Assembly: GCF_963853765.1 (NCBI RefSeq)
Contig: NC_088855.1
Span: forward strand, 6,820,001 to 6,884,000
Direction: 5' to 3'
Origin: Magallana gigas
Taxonomy: Eukaryota
DNA: 64,000 nucleotides
Under the pieces are notes generated by a model. It was not told where the DNA came from, ran no database searches, and saw only the letters and a list, made by a program, of their open reading frames with translations. Below are positions 63,639-64,000 of this stretch, piece after piece. The translations under genes were made by a program, and so were the position numbers. Numbering within the stretch: position 1 is the first letter of the stretch; each line of letters starts with the position of its first letter.

Positions 63639-63822
63639 TTACTTTGAACTTTTCCTGATTCATTGTTTGTATTGGTATAATGAAACGGTTAAAGTATAAC
63701 ATTGAGGGAGTCAGCAAGATTCCAGTTCCCCTCAAGCTAGCCTATTACCCTCGGCTTCGCCTCGGGAGATATACTTGCTCTCGGGGAACTGGAATCTTGC
63801 TGACTCCCTCGATGGTATATTT
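63639..63822 (-). mobile_element. Family B palindromic element (hairpin plus short CCAAT tail)
   Basis: 28-bp perfect outer arms GAGGGAGTCAGCAAGATTCCAGTTCCCC at 63704-63731 and 63783-63810; apex GCTTCGC at 63754-63760; ATTGG at 63671-63675. Confidence 0.8.
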
Positions 63823-64000
63823 TAATTGTATAATAACTTAACACCCCATTTTATATCCTTGCAATAAAGCACATGTCATGTGAAATAATATGCGAAAGTA
63901 AGTTGTTACAATACTTAGTCTATGGGTATTGTATTCCATACAACAAAACGCTTTATTGACCCTGTCATTTATTACGTCAGTAATGTCATCAGCTTAACAA

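Overview
AT-rich eukaryotic DNA, most likely Pacific oyster or a close relative (Crassostrea/Magallana), judged from a Helentron-associated (HINE) element carrying a ~166-bp Cg170-type satellite. Two protein-coding genes are well supported, both on the minus strand. One is a four-exon Hairy/Enhancer-of-split (HES) bHLH-Orange-WRPW repressor, join(24899..24943, 24713..24808, 24400..24481, 23418..24289), 364 aa. The other is a single-coding-exon class A orphan GPCR (35329..36450). The rest is non-coding: candidate enhancers, microsatellites and many non-autonomous DNA elements. No tRNA, rRNA or CRISPR array was recognised. Two observations stand out. (1) Two palindromic repeat families with unrelated arm sequences share an identical 59-nt core, CCCC-GA-N17-GA-S-GCGAAGC-S'-GA-N17-GA-GGGG. 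On one strand only, this folds into a stem with two tandem sheared G.A steps capped by the GCGAAGC mini-hairpin. The elements also occur as head-to-tail and tail-to-tail fusions at a fixed distance from a CCAAT motif, which suggests a folded-ssDNA recombination or transposition substrate. (2) The HES promoter module (class C HES site, exactly 16 nt, then a CSL site fused to a GC box) occurs in two more copies, at 5.6 kb and 18.1 kb, with no HES coding sequence behind them. All alignments and counts were done by eye; nothing was searched against databases.
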